The translations under genes and the position numbers were made by a program. A stretch of DNA of 60,868 nucleotides, the filler included, from Trichosphaerium sp. ATCC 40318 (taxonomy: Eukaryota > Protista > Tubulinea): the NCBI GenBank assembly GCA_038496445.1. It is 3 parts of 3 records of this genome, joined end to end, with 100 filler letters (N's around TTAATTAATTAA, not from the genome) between each part and the next. Parts side by side here need not be neighbours in the genome. Positions count along the whole stretch, not along the records: positions 1 to 20,346 come from JALMLS010000318.1; positions 20,447 to 37,080 come from JALMLS010000535.1; 1 more part is not named here. One strand, 5' to 3'. This document shows positions 11,641-24,559 of this stretch, piece by piece. Positions within the stretch are counted from its first letter, which is position 1. Each line of letters starts with the position of its first letter. The notes beneath the pieces are model-generated. The model had not been told where the DNA came from. It did no database searches and saw only the letters and a list, made by a program, of their open reading frames with translations.

Positions 11641-11848
11641 GTTCGTTGGTGCTTCATCAAGGGAAGTTACTGTCTTTTTAAGAGCTTGGTGATCTATAAC
11701 CTACTGGCGTTAGAGGAAACGGACTGTCTGTTTTTTAAAACGCTTTTGACACTTCATTGGTCCAATCGCTTTAAATTTACCATAATGGTCTCTTAAATAG
11801 TCGAAAAGCGCGATATAAGTATACCAACAAGCGAATTAACGAGTTTTG

Positions 11849-14800
11849 ATGACGAACGTAGCATTCAACTGGTATTCAACTCGTACGCCCTTCTACGCCA
11901 AATTCGCTCGATTAGGGCATTCTAAAGCGTATTTAACAAATTTCGGTTTAAAGCGATTATAAACATCTTGCTAAACCTGTTTTAGTACCTAAGAAGGCGC
12001 GCCAACGCCTAGCCAATGTCAGTAAGCAAAAACTCTACTTCGAGACAGTTGTGGCACCTCAGCTTCGTGTACATACAGTAGGAGATTGGTACAGCGTAAA
12101 TAGAGTATCGCTTGTTCAAATAGACGATACCAAGCTCCACCATATTTAAACAAGTGCGTTTTTGTCAAAAATCAAAAAAACTTTCCAAAAAAATACTTCT
12201 CTCTCGTTTGCAGACGAACCTTACAATCCAAAAAATTATACTATAAAATCACTAGTATTAGTCGTTTCGTAGGGGCAATTTACAAATCTGAAAGTCCATA
12301 GTTGTAGAATAAACTGACTTTTTGTGGTTTTTTTTCGCAGGTATAGAAATTCACTTGTATCAGCACTTCAAGCGTTATACCCGGAGAAAAAATGGATCAC
12401 ATGGAGATTCGAGTACGTTTACTTAGTGCAACTAATTTTTTTAACATGAAATCACGTGATAATAAATACTGATAACGCTTGTTAAGAAACAATGTTCCAA
12501 ACCAGTATTGGAATGAAGTTAAAAATCAAAAGAGTAAATTTGATGAGATGGCAAGTTTAATTGGTGTTAAATGTCTTGATGATTGGCAAGGTATATCTGT
12601 AAATAAAATACGAGAATATGGAGGATATGGTATAATGACAAAGTACACAACGTTTATTTCTTTGACAACTACTAAAAATTTTGAAACTTTTTTTCTTTAA
12701 TTTTGTTTCATGATTATGAGCGCAGCAGAAAGCTGTCGATGTGGTGATAACCAATCACGGCCTTGGTTCTATGTATTCAAGTTGCTTGTTGCAAAGTCGC
12801 CCGCCAAGACTTTTCTAGTGTGCTTTTTTATTGTCTACACTTGTTCTTTTTCTTATCGTCTCGTTTCAGGTATGATTTGGATTTACTTGCTGCTCTAAGG
12901 ACAATATATCCTGACCATTATTGGGTGGATAAAACCTCATCATCAGGGTAAGTAATAAAATGCCGCAATTGAGATAAGTATCACTGACTAAAGTGTTTTT
13001 TTTAGGTCGACTGTAAATAAAGGTTTTTGGAACAATAAAAAGAATCAACATGAACTTGCAGAGCATGTAGCTGAGAAACTTGGTATTACTGATTTAAGTG
13101 GTTGGTATAACATAACACATCAGGAAATATTAAAAAGCGGTGGATATCCACTAATAACCAAGTATGATGTTCCCTTGCTTTATCAATTTTATTTTTGGAA
13201 AGAGCATAGAGCAACTTCGCTTTCTTCATCGATCATTATTAACATTTTATGTCATTAGATTTTCCTCATTTATCCGATTCTTGGAGGTTCTTTATCCGCA
13301 TTATAATTGGCTACAATGGAAGTTTAAGAACAAGTACGTGGTGTGAAAACTGATTACATCATGACTGAAATGAGTTTTTTTGATACTGTCAATTTCAGTT
13401 TTTTATTGGCTTTGTTTTGGAGTTATATCCCTTATTGATAATTTAGATCTCTTAATATTGTACCTGTTACCGATATTGAACAAGATAGAAAAGTATTTGA
13501 GGATATAGCAGAGACATTAGGCGTGAAATTATTGTCAGATTGGATAAACACTAGCTGGTCAGATGTTACACGCCTAGGCGGTTCCAACGCAATTTCAAGG
13601 TAACTCTTAATATAACGAATAGTATAATGGCATTTTAATAGAAGCATAGATACGGTCACTCGCTAGCAAAAACGCTTGATGCGCTGTATCCAAATGCACC
13701 AAAAAAGTTTTATCAAAAAGATGAAAATGAAGAAGAATATGACTACCTTGGCCGTGAAAGACTTCAGTTTAACTCAATAGCGAATGTACTCAATATTAAG
13801 ATATTAGAAGAGTGGTTTAATGCCGATCCAGAAAAAGTAAACCGGTTGGCGAAGAGCAGCATTAAAAAGTATGTGTTTTTTTTTCTGTTATTTGGTTTCG
13901 CATTGTCTTTTATTTTTTAACTGTTATGGCAAGGTATGGTTCTTTACAGCAATCCCTTGGCGTTTTATATCCTAAATATAACTGGGACAAACTATTTGGA
14001 CCACTACCAATGGCTAAAGGTTACTGGCAAATCACAAAGCATCAACAAGATTTTCTTGAGTTTGCGAAAAAGACTTTGAACATTAAACAACCAGAAGATT
14101 GGTACGCAAATCTTCATACATATAGCCATACCTAAAGACCAATGCAATATACACCATTTACACCTAAACATACGTTTTATCCAAACACCGAAAGGTGTGG
14201 TGTAAAGCTGTTGACATTGTTTTTTTTTCATGTCAAACTTTTGAAGTTCATTACTTTTTTAGGTATCGTGTTTCAGTTCTTCAACTTAGCTCCATAGGCG
14301 CTAAAGGACTTATGGGATATTATCCTAAGATTCTCAATCAATTTGATAGAGGTTTCCAGTGGGACTGGTCAAAATTTCCTCTCATTGGAAGAAGGCTAAG
14401 CAGAAGTAAGCACACCATTTTTTTGAATAATTATTATTTACTTTTTTTTAAAGATTGCTGCTTAACGTTGTAAGACAACTATTCCCAGATGTTGTAGTTC
14501 ATGAAGAACATATTATTGGTGTTGGAAACCAGAGAGGTATAATGATATCTGTTGATGTCTTTGTTTCTGGCTACGATATTTGTTTGGAGTACCAAGGCAA
14601 ACAAGAACTTATTGTCAACTTTATCAGGCTCTTATTAACATGTGCTTTAGGAGAATTACATTTTTATACTACTGCTATGAGAATGGAGTCTCCTTCTTCT
14701 GTACAATTCAGGGACGCTGAGAAAGCTCAGAGATGTAGAGACAGCGGTACAGGTTTTTAAAAGTTCGGCTGAGTTCTCATTTTTTGTTATGTAGGTTTGA

Positions 14801-15162
14801 CACTTGTTCCTATACCATTCTGGTACATTGCTTTCAATTATTTGTTTTTCTACAAGTTGTAACCTTTGAGCATTATTTTAACATAAGAGCGTTCTAGGTG
14901 GGATGGAGATATTGAGACGATCGCAAAAACAATTATGTATCATAGACCTGAAATTGTTTTTAAAAATGTAAATACTGACTTTGTATCTCCTCTGTTGATG
15001 CATCTTATGCCTAAAAAAGAATCTAGAGGTACTACTACAATAATAGAATAATACTAACTATCATTAAAATACTTACTGATATCAATAGAAGAAAAAGTTC
15101 CAATGATGGATACAACGGAGTTTTCTGTAAACAACACAAAAACAAAGTACCTTAACATGTAA
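11849..15162 (+). CDS. Multi-exon ~70-aa tandem-repeat protein with PD-(D/E)XK/RAP-like domain (copy 2)
   Basis: As copy 1; tentative basic N-terminus MTNVAFNWYSTRTPFYAKFARLG, lacking acidic residues (possible mitochondrial presequence). Confidence 0.78.
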
Positions 15163-15358
15163 AACTTATAACCGTGAGATAAAAATTGTTACATACATTA
15201 ATGGTCTACATTTTAACAAACAATTTTTTGCGCTCAAATACGCGTGGTTTTCTGCTGACTAAGCGAACTTTCTCGTTTAATTCTTAGCTTTAAAGAGAAA
15301 AATAAGTTTTGTGCAAGAATGGGTTAACTAGTTGTTTTATTGTATCAAATAACTGTCC

Positions 15359-17266
15359 TTACAATACCAAAGCCATCATTGTCATTAAGAGAAACACAAG
15401 ATCCACGTGCAGTATACCAACACTACTTGTATCGCCTAGTAGTGATGAGTTACATTAAAAACGAGTATATCAAGTACCAGAGTCAGTTTGAAGTGTTCCA
15501 GAATGTGTGGTTGGTGGTTCAGTAGTTTGTGGTGCGCTTGTTGGAGGTTTTGTCGTACTTGGAGGTGTAGTTGTGCTTGGAGGCTAATAGGTGAATCAGT
15601 TGTACGCAAAGTATCAAAAGCACAGTATACGAAAAATAAAATATTGTTCGTTAATCTTAAAGGAAGTTCTACACAAAATTGTGTACTTCCTGACATGTTC
15701 TTTTTTGGTTTTTCGGTACTTTCAATTATGATATTGACGTACTTCTACAACAGTTATAGTTGAAGGAGTGTTGGGTTGACATTTTCTGTATGGATCTGAA
15801 TCATTGAATCTACAAATGTATTTTAGAGCACGTGATTATTGTGTTTACTCACGGGTCCACATCAGCATTAGAGTTATATGAGTTACCAATCCTAGAGCTA
15901 TTGATACTTGCGCTAAAGTCGGCCATACCACTAGTCGTCCAGCACACTAGAAAAGGATAGAAGAAACTAGCAAAATATAACTATTGTTATACCTTCAAAA
16001 CTGCACGTGCTAGAGATGCCATCGGCCAGTGTACCGCCACCGCTGATTGATCCTGACCCGCCATCGATTGTGCCGGATACCTATGTGTATAAATTTAACA
16101 TGTTTAAGGTCGGTAAATACAACCAAAGACTTCAAAAAAAAAAAATAGTTGTGCAAATACTTACTCCGTTTGTACAAGATAGAGAGCCTCCAGTCACTGT
16201 ACCTAAGCCGTTCATAGAGAAAGAGTATGTAAAATCTTCATTTGCGGACGGAAGACGAACATAGGATCGAATATTTAGAGTTAAGTCAGTACAAGAACCT
16301 AAAGAAAAAAATTAAGACATCAACATTTTTAACTGAAAAAAAGGAAAAACAATAGTCAAATAAAATCAATCCCACGTGCAACTTTTTATTGGTTCCCATT
16401 CGTAAAAAATATTTACCGACAGTATAGGGTCCTGGTGCTATAGTATGCCAAGCAGTCGTTGGTGTAACGCAGCAGAATTGAGTTAAATCCACATCAAATT
16501 GCGCCTGAATAGTGCCATCTACTTGCAATACAAGGTTCGTCACCGATTCGTACGCAGCAAAAGGAGCTTCAATAGGTATACACACAAGCCTCTCAGCTCC
16601 AGGAAGAGCAGGGAGAATTGGTGATGTCGAAACAGCTGTTGTTCCTCCACTCTTTGTTGTTACTTTGAGTTTGTGATTTTTATCAGGACCGACTTCCGTC
16701 AATGCGAAGCACCCTGTAATAAAAAATTAAGACAACAAGTCCTAACACCAAAATAGTTCGTTTAAGAAAAAAAAAGAAGATACACTGCATAGTAACTGTG
16801 GTGATTTAAAATAACACCAAATACTGCCAAGACTATAATTTTAACTCAAAGAAAAACGTGGTCTCGGGTTAGGCGTAAAACAATTACAGACTGTGTGGTC
16901 AAATTATAAAAACAAACGCGTACCGCAGCCAGTTGAAAGCAAATCAACGTTCGAGATTGAACTGTAACGCCATTCGGAAACACCTTTTGTGCCAGACGCA
17001 ATATTACATTGTAGACCTCCTGCTACTGCTCTAGTGCTTACTTCATCACCAAGTCTTGCGTTATCTGCTCTAGCATAAAGAGAACGACTTCCAAGGTACG
17101 AAGGATCTGGTACAGGTGCAGGACTCTCGTTTTCAACAGTGCCTCCACCAGATGTACCTTCTGCCCGAACAACAGGTTGGAACGTAGTCAACGAGTCGAT
17201 TACGCTCTGACTCTTAGTCGTTAAAGTAAACAAGACCAATACTAGTGACAAAAGTATTAGTTTCAT
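15359..17266 (-). CDS. Secreted, probably GPI-anchored surface protein with P/T-rich stalk (paralogue of 9015-10933)
   Basis: Signal peptide MKLILLSLVLVLFTLTTKS; shared YLGSRxLYARADNA and TQFCC motifs; PPSTTTPPSTTKPPTSAP stalk; C-terminus LVFLLMTMMALVL. Confidence 0.8.
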
Positions 17267-17892
17267 GTTCGCTACTTGTTTGTATTTGTAGCTATGGTTT
17301 TAAAGTAGTTCTAACAATGTGCACGTTATTGGTCTGATTATAAAGATTCAGCTAATCACTGGCACCGTTCTGCTTGGACGCTACACTCTCTAATAGACCT
17401 ATAACCCGCGCTGATGTTACAAGATATTATAGTCAACGTGTCACGAAGCGCTGGCTATACACCACGCTGTCTTTGTTCCACATGTTATTTTTACAATACT
17501 TGAAAATATAGCTTGTTGTGGTATGCTCGAGATTGGAAATTTGGATGTTTTTTAACAACGGTAGTACCTTAGTCAATGGTCAGATTAAAAATAAGCTGAA
17601 CTGTTGACCTTTCTGAGCTTATTTAATCTAACCCACTGCGGGTACAATAAAGTGTGTCACGTGTACCAAGTTCTCACTTTAATCATTAAACGCGACAGAA
17701 TCTATGAACTAACGCTTACATTGGTATATGAGCACGTGGCAATAGAACAAGAATAAGGCATGATGCGCAATGAAATTAGTCTTCGTTTTGAATGCTGTAT
17801 TAAAATTGTAGTTGTTTCCTAATGTCCATTTTGTGAAACCACAACGTACAAAGAAAATAATGTCTCAGAACACAAATAGTAGTTTTGCTAAC

Positions 17893-18069
17893 AAAAGTAG
17901 AGGTGATTGAGTCAGTGCAAGTTCCTGGCGTGGCTCGGGGTAGGCAGGCATGCCAAGTATTTCAAAGATAGGTTCATGGTTTAGAGCACACGCCATAGAC
18001 AGACCACAAGGGTACATTTGGTGATAGTGGTGTCTACACCAGCAAGTTGACATGTGAGCACCCACTTTT
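17893..18069 (-). ncRNA. Diverged paralogue of the ~170-nt structured RNA (copy B)
   Basis: Stems conserved with compensatory or consistent changes, loops diverged with frame-breaking indels; upstream motifs GAAAACTC, CCACAATTTTTT and TTGACAAC conserved. Confidence 0.65.
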
Positions 18070-18678
18070 GGTATCAATTGAGTTGTCAACCACAATTTGT
18101 CGAAACGTTTATTTGATAGAAAAAAAATTGTGGTTTTGAAAAGTGTTGAGTTTTCCTTCATTTCGATGTTTTTTTCACATGTTGTAGTTTGATACAAGAA
18201 ATTTATTGTTCCTAATAGATTGGATTTGGTGTTAGGCTAACTACACGGATTCAATGAAAGAAAGGTTTTGGAACATGTCGTATAGACTTACACGTGGCAC
18301 CCTGTATGCTTTGAGTAATATAAGGTTTTAACAGCCTCCTTAAGATTTAAATTAGCACAACTATTCCCGTATCATTTCTAATGTCAGTAAAAGTCTATTG
18401 TTAAAAACAGTTTAGAGCATTATGCACGTCTTCTAATTTTACTAGCTAGACTAGCTAGTATGCACATCCTGTACTTATCTGATTTTAGAATACTGGCATA
18501 AGTGTAAATTGTATTGCCTAATACTTCCTCTGTAATAGTATTCATGTTGTCTAAGCATGACTACTTGACTGTGTCTGCGCTATAATAAACATTAGTTTCC
18601 CTTTACTATCCAAGTGTACGTCAAAACAGTCAACACTGGTCGTTTTTTAACTGATAACACCTGGATTACATCTGCAGC

Positions 18679-19371
18679 ATGGAAGATAGTACCACATTGG
18701 ACCTTATATACCTGCCTGTTGAAATAATCGTTCATATCCTGAAACAAGGCTCTTTTACGCTCCGTTCAGCACAAACATGCCGTTGCGAGATATCATTCAC
18801 AACCATGTTGGATACGGGTTAATAAAGGTTACAAGCGTAAGGGGAATATCTTCTTTCTGGAAGCCCTTTGCTTCAAAACACCTCTATTGAGACTGTTTTC
18901 ATTTCAAGAGATATCAGTGATAAGCACTTGTACTTATTGGAGGGCGTAAATACTATTAACTTATCAGAATGTGATTATATTACAGATGAGGGCGTCAAGG
19001 CTTTGGCAGGTGTTCATACAATTAACTTACGTGACTGTGATGGCATTTCAGATGAAAGCTTGAAGGCGTTAGCTGGTGTTCATACTATTAGGCTGTCATA
19101 CTGTGTCAATATAACAGATGAGGGTATCAAGGCTTTAGCTGGTGTTCATACAATTGATTTACATAGTACTTCAATTACAGATGAGGGTGTAGAGGCATTG
19201 GCTGGTGTTCATGAGATTGAATTAGAAAGAACTATAATTACAGATGAATGTTTGAAGTACTTAGTTGGTGTTCATACCATTACCTTATATGATACACGTG
19301 CAACTAAAGAGGGTGCCAAGGTATTGATTGGTGTACATGAAGTTAAATGGGATAGTAATTATTGGAGCTGA
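18679..19371 (+). pseudogene. Intronless F-box/LRR gene with 5' frameshifts
   Basis: MEDSTTLDLIYLPVEIIVHILK (F-box-like), then IHNHVGY and GSPLLQN in shifted frames, then ~22-aa ITDEGVKALAGVHTINL repeats; homologous to 21933-22994. Frameshifts may be sequencing errors. Confidence 0.75.
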
Positions 19372-19882
19372 AACACTAATGATCATATTGCTATGATATG
19401 TCAGCTAAAAGTTGTATATCCATCTAAGCGATTAAAAAAGCAATTAGACAGTATCATCTTAATTGAGAGTGTGGGGAATGAAGTTGCACATAACTATTTC
19501 AGGCTTTTTTGTAACTGTGTTGAGCACCAGAATTTTGTTGCATTCTTATTCAAACCATAGAAAGCGATTTCATACTTTCTCGAGATCTATTTACAACATG
19601 TTTTGTATTGTCTAAGTCTAAATACAGTGGAAATTAGTTTTGTAGTTTAAAGTGGTTGACGAGGCATGGCCAGCATTGTTTTTGAGACAGTTTCAGAAAT
19701 TCCGTCATATTTGACAAAATTGGAACCATAACTCTATTCGGAGTTCCATAAATCTCCTTTTAGCTTTCAGTACAGAGGTGTCCTTGGGTGCGTGTTTTTG
19801 TTACTTTAGCACCTAAAACAATATTTATTCACATTTTCTTTTTTTATGCATTTCATATTTGGTTTTCATCTTCGAATATCAC

Positions 19883-20346
19883 ATGACTTCAAGATTTACC
19901 TTATTCTCGCTGTTTGTGTTTATTTACATCACCATAAGCACGTGCGCAGTTGTTTCGAGGTGTACTTGGGAAAATACAACATACACGCTCCATAATGATA
20001 TAGATAACGATTCATGCGAAATGGGTGATGTTCCTAAGAGAACGGACCTAATTATTTATTACTCTTTAGGATTCAATCCTCTTGTACTTGACAGTATTAT
20101 GGAAGCGTCTGTAATGACTTTATTTCCCGTACGACGACAACACAAAATTTATTTTACTTTTCGTTCAAATCACGTGATTTACCGCTAAATAGCGATTACG
20201 TTTGAATATTACCACTTCGAACAGTATTGATTATTTTTGGTATGACAACTCTCTTGTCAGTACCATCGCTATGGAATCAGGATATCCTGGGAGCGTCATA
20301 AATGATACCAGCTGCCCTACACTTGAACGAGGCGTGCGTACAATCG
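19883..20346 (+). CDS. N-terminal exons of a secreted or receptor protein, probably the ectodomain of the kinase across the gap
   Basis: Signal peptide MTSRFTLFSLFVFIYITISTC; GT-AG introns; runs into the N gap. Confidence 0.5.
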
Positions 20347-20446
20347 NNNNNNNNNNNNNNNNNNNNNNNNNNNNNNNNNNNNNNNNNNNNTTAATTAATT
20401 AANNNNNNNNNNNNNNNNNNNNNNNNNNNNNNNNNNNNNNNNNNNN
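20347..20446. other. Assembly gap/linker (N44-TTAATTAATTAA-N44)
   Basis: Six-frame stop linker flanked by Ns. Confidence 0.98.
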
Positions 20447-20597
20447 AAGAATATAAGCGAGCACGTGACTAGAAAAACGAAATTTCTTAGTAACTTTTGT
20501 CTGTTTGGAAAAAAAAGCCCAAAGTTCATTTGAACCCTTTTACATCCATGCAATTTATTTTAAATCCAAAAACATGTTTTCTGACATTTTATTGTAG

Positions 20598-21711
20598 GTA
20601 TGAGCTACTTGCATGGCTTGCGAATTATTCACAGGTACGTTGTATGACCGCAAGTTCAAAGCATAACCCATTTGTTCCCCAAATTACTTTTTTGTTCGAG
20701 GGTCGAACTTTTATGTAGTATTCTGTACTGTTCAGCTCATTTTTCAATTAATATACTACCACGCTAGGGACTTACATTCAAAGAACATTCTACTTGATGG
20801 AAAATTTACAGCAAAAGTCGCAGACTTTGGTAAGAACACAGTTCGTTTTTGTAGCTTTGAAAAAATAATACTTTGCATTTAGGGTTATCTAAAATAATCC
20901 GTGAGGATGAGACTTATAGCTATACACATGGAGCAGCAGCATATATGTCTCCTGAAGTTATAAAAGGATCAAAATGCACAACAGAAGCTGATGTGTATGA
21001 TTTAACTTTCCATTGATTTTTGTTCTTTTCTTTATGTTTGCTGTTTGGATTTCCTTTATGCTGATGTAGTCGCTTTATTAGGTTTTCTTATGGTGTTGTA
21101 TTATATGAATTAGTAACAGGGTTACCTCCATATCCAGAAGGAAATACAATATACCAATGGGTTAATTCTGTCGCAGCAGGATCACGGTTAACATTCCCAC
21201 ATGCACGTGCTCAGTTTTTTTTCTTTAAATTATTTGTTTGAAGCCACAACGCTCACGCTTATGTTAATACTCACCGATCATTCAAATCTAACAAAGTACT
21301 TCAATACGTACATTGCAATTAGTATACGCGATGCAGTATTTTAGATTATGGTTTGGTGTGGTAGAGACAGCTTGATGAGATTGTAAAGAAAAAAAAAGTT
21401 TGATGTTGTTGATTAACACCTATTTATAGGATATTGATGATTGTTGGAGTGAATTGATTAATAAATGCTGGGATCAAACACCATCAAAGCGGCCCAAGTT
21501 TTCAGAAAGCTCAATATTAGCAATGGTTTCCAGTTGCGAAAATGAAAAAAAAACAATACCAAAAAAATTAAATAACGAGTTGTTATCAGAGAATGGCTCA
21601 CTGCACGCATCATCAAATGGAAGTTCAGACTCTTATGATGTATCATTACCTATATCAGAAACATACAAAGCGGCTGTAGGTGGTGGTAGTGAAGGTGAGC
21701 CACCTACCTAA
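20598..21711 (+). CDS. TKL-family protein kinase, C-terminal part (multi-exon)
   Basis: Spliced GMSYLH..IIHRDLHSKNILL..KVADFGLSK..AYMSPEVI..ADVFSYGVVLYEL..CWDQTPSKRPKF. Confidence 0.92.
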
Positions 21712-21932
21712 CAGAGAAGAAAGAACGAAAATAAACAGAATAAGAAGAAAAAAAAGAAAAAAAACCCTCAAACCAATACCTTTTTTTGAGTGTAACTAAT
21801 AACTAATGTATATGATTTTGTACATAAAAACGAAAAGAAACCCTAAAACAACAAAAAAGTAACCTATAGCTTGTTTACTCATCAGGATTTTTAGTTTTAT
21901 GATAAAGCCTTGATGGTCAGTTTGATACTCAT

Positions 21933-22994
21933 TCATAGTGCTAAATCTACTTTTAGTGTTTTCAGATACTCATATGTCGTTGCTGTGCGTCGCAATTGTA
22001 GTATCTTTGCGCAGGAGAGATATTTAATCCAATCATTTGTTACATTTGTCTTCGATAAATCGATATTGTGCGCACTTGCAAGATATTTCATACTCTCTAT
22101 TGTGATACCTTTACAACCATAAAGATTGATAGTGTGTACACCAGACAAAGGTTTTATCCAATCATCTGTTGCATTTGTGCTTGACAAGTTGATGTAGTGT
22201 ACACCCGCAAGGCTGTTTATGCACTCTCTAGTGATACTTTTACAATTATAAAGAGTGATAGAGTGTACACCAGCCAAAGCTGAAACACCTTTATTAGTCA
22301 CTTTTGTACCACTTAAATTTATGGTATGAACGCCAGCTAAAGCTGAAATACCTGCATCTGTAATGAGCTCACATTTTTGTATATCTAATGAAATTACTCC
22401 TGATAAAGCAACCAAAACCTCATCGGTAGCTGAAGAGTTTGGTATACTGATATGTGGTATCCCAGCAAATGTTTTGATAAGTTCTGAGGTCAGATTTGGA
22501 ACTCCATACAAGTGGATGGACTGGAGGTGTGCCACTAGCGGCATTAATCCTGTGTCTGTGATACTGTGACAGTTCTTTAATGATAAGTGATGTACACCAC
22601 AAATAGACTTCAATCCGTCATCTGTTAGCAAGATACTCTTGGTTCTAAACTTAAGTGTAAGGTGTAGGACACCTGAAAGCATACTAAGATCTGAGTCTGA
22701 AGGTGACTGGACGCTTATATTTGTATTTTTTAATAATGGACTGCCACAAAGACGTGAACAATGAGAAGTTGCTTCATATGCGGGTATATTAATTCTCTTG
22801 TATCCCACGTGATTATGTATAACTTCATATAGTCGGTTGCAGCTTTGGGAAACAGAAAATCGATCATAGCGCCGCAAGCATTTGAATAAGTGAGCGAGTA
22901 TCTCGTTTGGTATGTCTAATAGCTCAGCGTTGATATCGCTATTACTAGAGAGAATTTTATTAAGCAGTTCCACTTCTTGTATACACGCACACAT
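21933..22994 (-). CDS. Intronless F-box/LRR-repeat protein (353 aa)
   Basis: LLDIPNEILAHLFKCL F-box followed by repeats of ITDAGISALAGVHTINL. Confidence 0.9.
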   Translation of the reverse strand: MCACIQEVELLNKILSSNSDINAELLDIPNEILAHLFKCLRRYDRFSVSQSCNRLYEVIHNHVGYKRINIPAYEATSHCSRLCGSPLLKNTNISVQSPSDSDLSMLSGVLHLTLKFRTKSILLTDDGLKSICGVHHLSLKNCHSITDTGLMPLVAHLQSIHLYGVPNLTSELIKTFAGIPHISIPNSSATDEVLVALSGVISLDIQKCELITDAGISALAGVHTINLSGTKVTNKGVSALAGVHSITLYNCKSITRECINSLAGVHYINLSSTNATDDWIKPLSGVHTINLYGCKGITIESMKYLASAHNIDLSKTNVTNDWIKYLSCAKILQLRRTATTYEYLKTLKVDLAL

Positions 22995-24559
22995 GCGTGG
23001 GGATCATGTTTTAATTGTTTTTATTGTGCTTTTTTGACTTTGAACGTCAAAAAAAAATCAACTCTGATTCTGCATAAAAAAATTTATTTTTGCAGAGAAG
23101 ATTTTAAAATACTATTTTCTCCTCCTGTTATGCCTTTTCAATGTTGATACCACTAGCGTATGTCTCACTTGGAATGTTGTGTCTGTTGTGAATACCTAAG
23201 GGCTGCTACAGGCTTTTGAGTCACAATACAATTAAAAAATACCCAATAGCACATGGGAAGCTTTCTTTGCTTGTTAGACATGCATAGCACACGGCTAAAA
23301 GCATTTGCGTGTAGTCATTGTGTGAATGAAAATGCAGTTGTGTTAAAGGTACGTTCAAAACCATTAAACGGCAGCCATAATGCGTCAAGTATTATAACAC
23401 ATTAATGACTACCCGTTCTGAGAGTATGGCTGCCGTTTTATGGTTTGTCTTTGAGATTTCGCCTAAATATCTCATCTCAACTATTTTTTTGTACTACAAA
23501 AAGTTATTAATACACTTTCTGAGGTATGCAGGGACAAATTCATGCCTAGTGAACCGTTTATAAACTCAAATTAAAAAATACCAAAAATAGTGCATCAAAC
23601 CACTCAACAATCATGCCCACACAAGGACAGGCGTTTGGGGTTTGAGTGCAATGAACCAATTGAAGAAGTTGCCGCAGGTCAGCACAAAAAAAACAAAACA
23701 TTGTCAAGAATGTCAAAATACCGTCATATGCACGCTTTCATTCAAAAATGGTATGTGGGAGGGTACAGAGTTAAAGTAACAACGTTTAAAAGTAGTGAAC
23801 AGCCAAAAAACTTAAAATTTTGGGCAATTGGATAGCGACTTTATTGCTAGCCAAACTCCTTCCAATAATACTACAGTGTACATGGCAATTGATTGGAGCT
23901 TTTTAGATTACTATTATGGAACAGGGGATGAGACTTTTTGCCTATAATTTGTAAAAATCACATGTAAAAACTTAAGCAACTCATGGAGATATTGCACAAT
24001 AATTTTGAACGCTCTAATTATAACAGCATATGCCCGACATATAGTAGATAGTGTACAAAAAAAATTTCACGTTTTTGTTTACTGCTAAGGACTTGGCGAT
24101 TTTTTTTCCAAATGGGAACTACATAATAAAATTCTCTCTAAATACTTCGTTAATACAGTTTGTTAGCATTGTTGGATGAAATGATGATATGAAAGGAAGA
24201 TATGCTACTTGTCTAGTGTGGAAGTCGTTTCTTTCTCTCAACTCCTAAAAACCGGTACACAAACACTCCGGGTCAATGACGCAACAGGACACAAGGCAAA
24301 AAAGGTTCAAGATAAATTTTGCTTACCCACGTGATAATCACTTTTATTGACTGTTTCCGTTTCTGGTCTTCTCCACCACTTTCATTTGTGGTGATTAAGA
24401 CTATGTACACAAACAAACTCTGTAGAGGTAGGTCCTATTTGTGATTCAGTTACCCTTAAACTGAGGTTGCTTGAATACAATGTTGCTAGAAAAAAGCTAT
24501 GAGATATTACAATGTACGCCAACATCAAAGAAAGTACGACTTATTATTATTGTATTGTA

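Larger units (their letters stand above)
10923..15240. repeat. Right arm of the inverted duplication
   Basis: Reverse complement of 1-4326. Confidence 0.97.

Noticed and set aside
11327-11692. ORFs over the conserved island (also 3556-3777 and 17865-18197) as a small protein family
   Set aside because: Non-ATG starts, indels between paralogues, and a substitution pattern that preserves base pairing point to RNA structure.
20391-20402. TTAATTAATTAA palindrome between N runs (also 37125-37136)
   Set aside because: Artificial six-frame stop linker, not biological.
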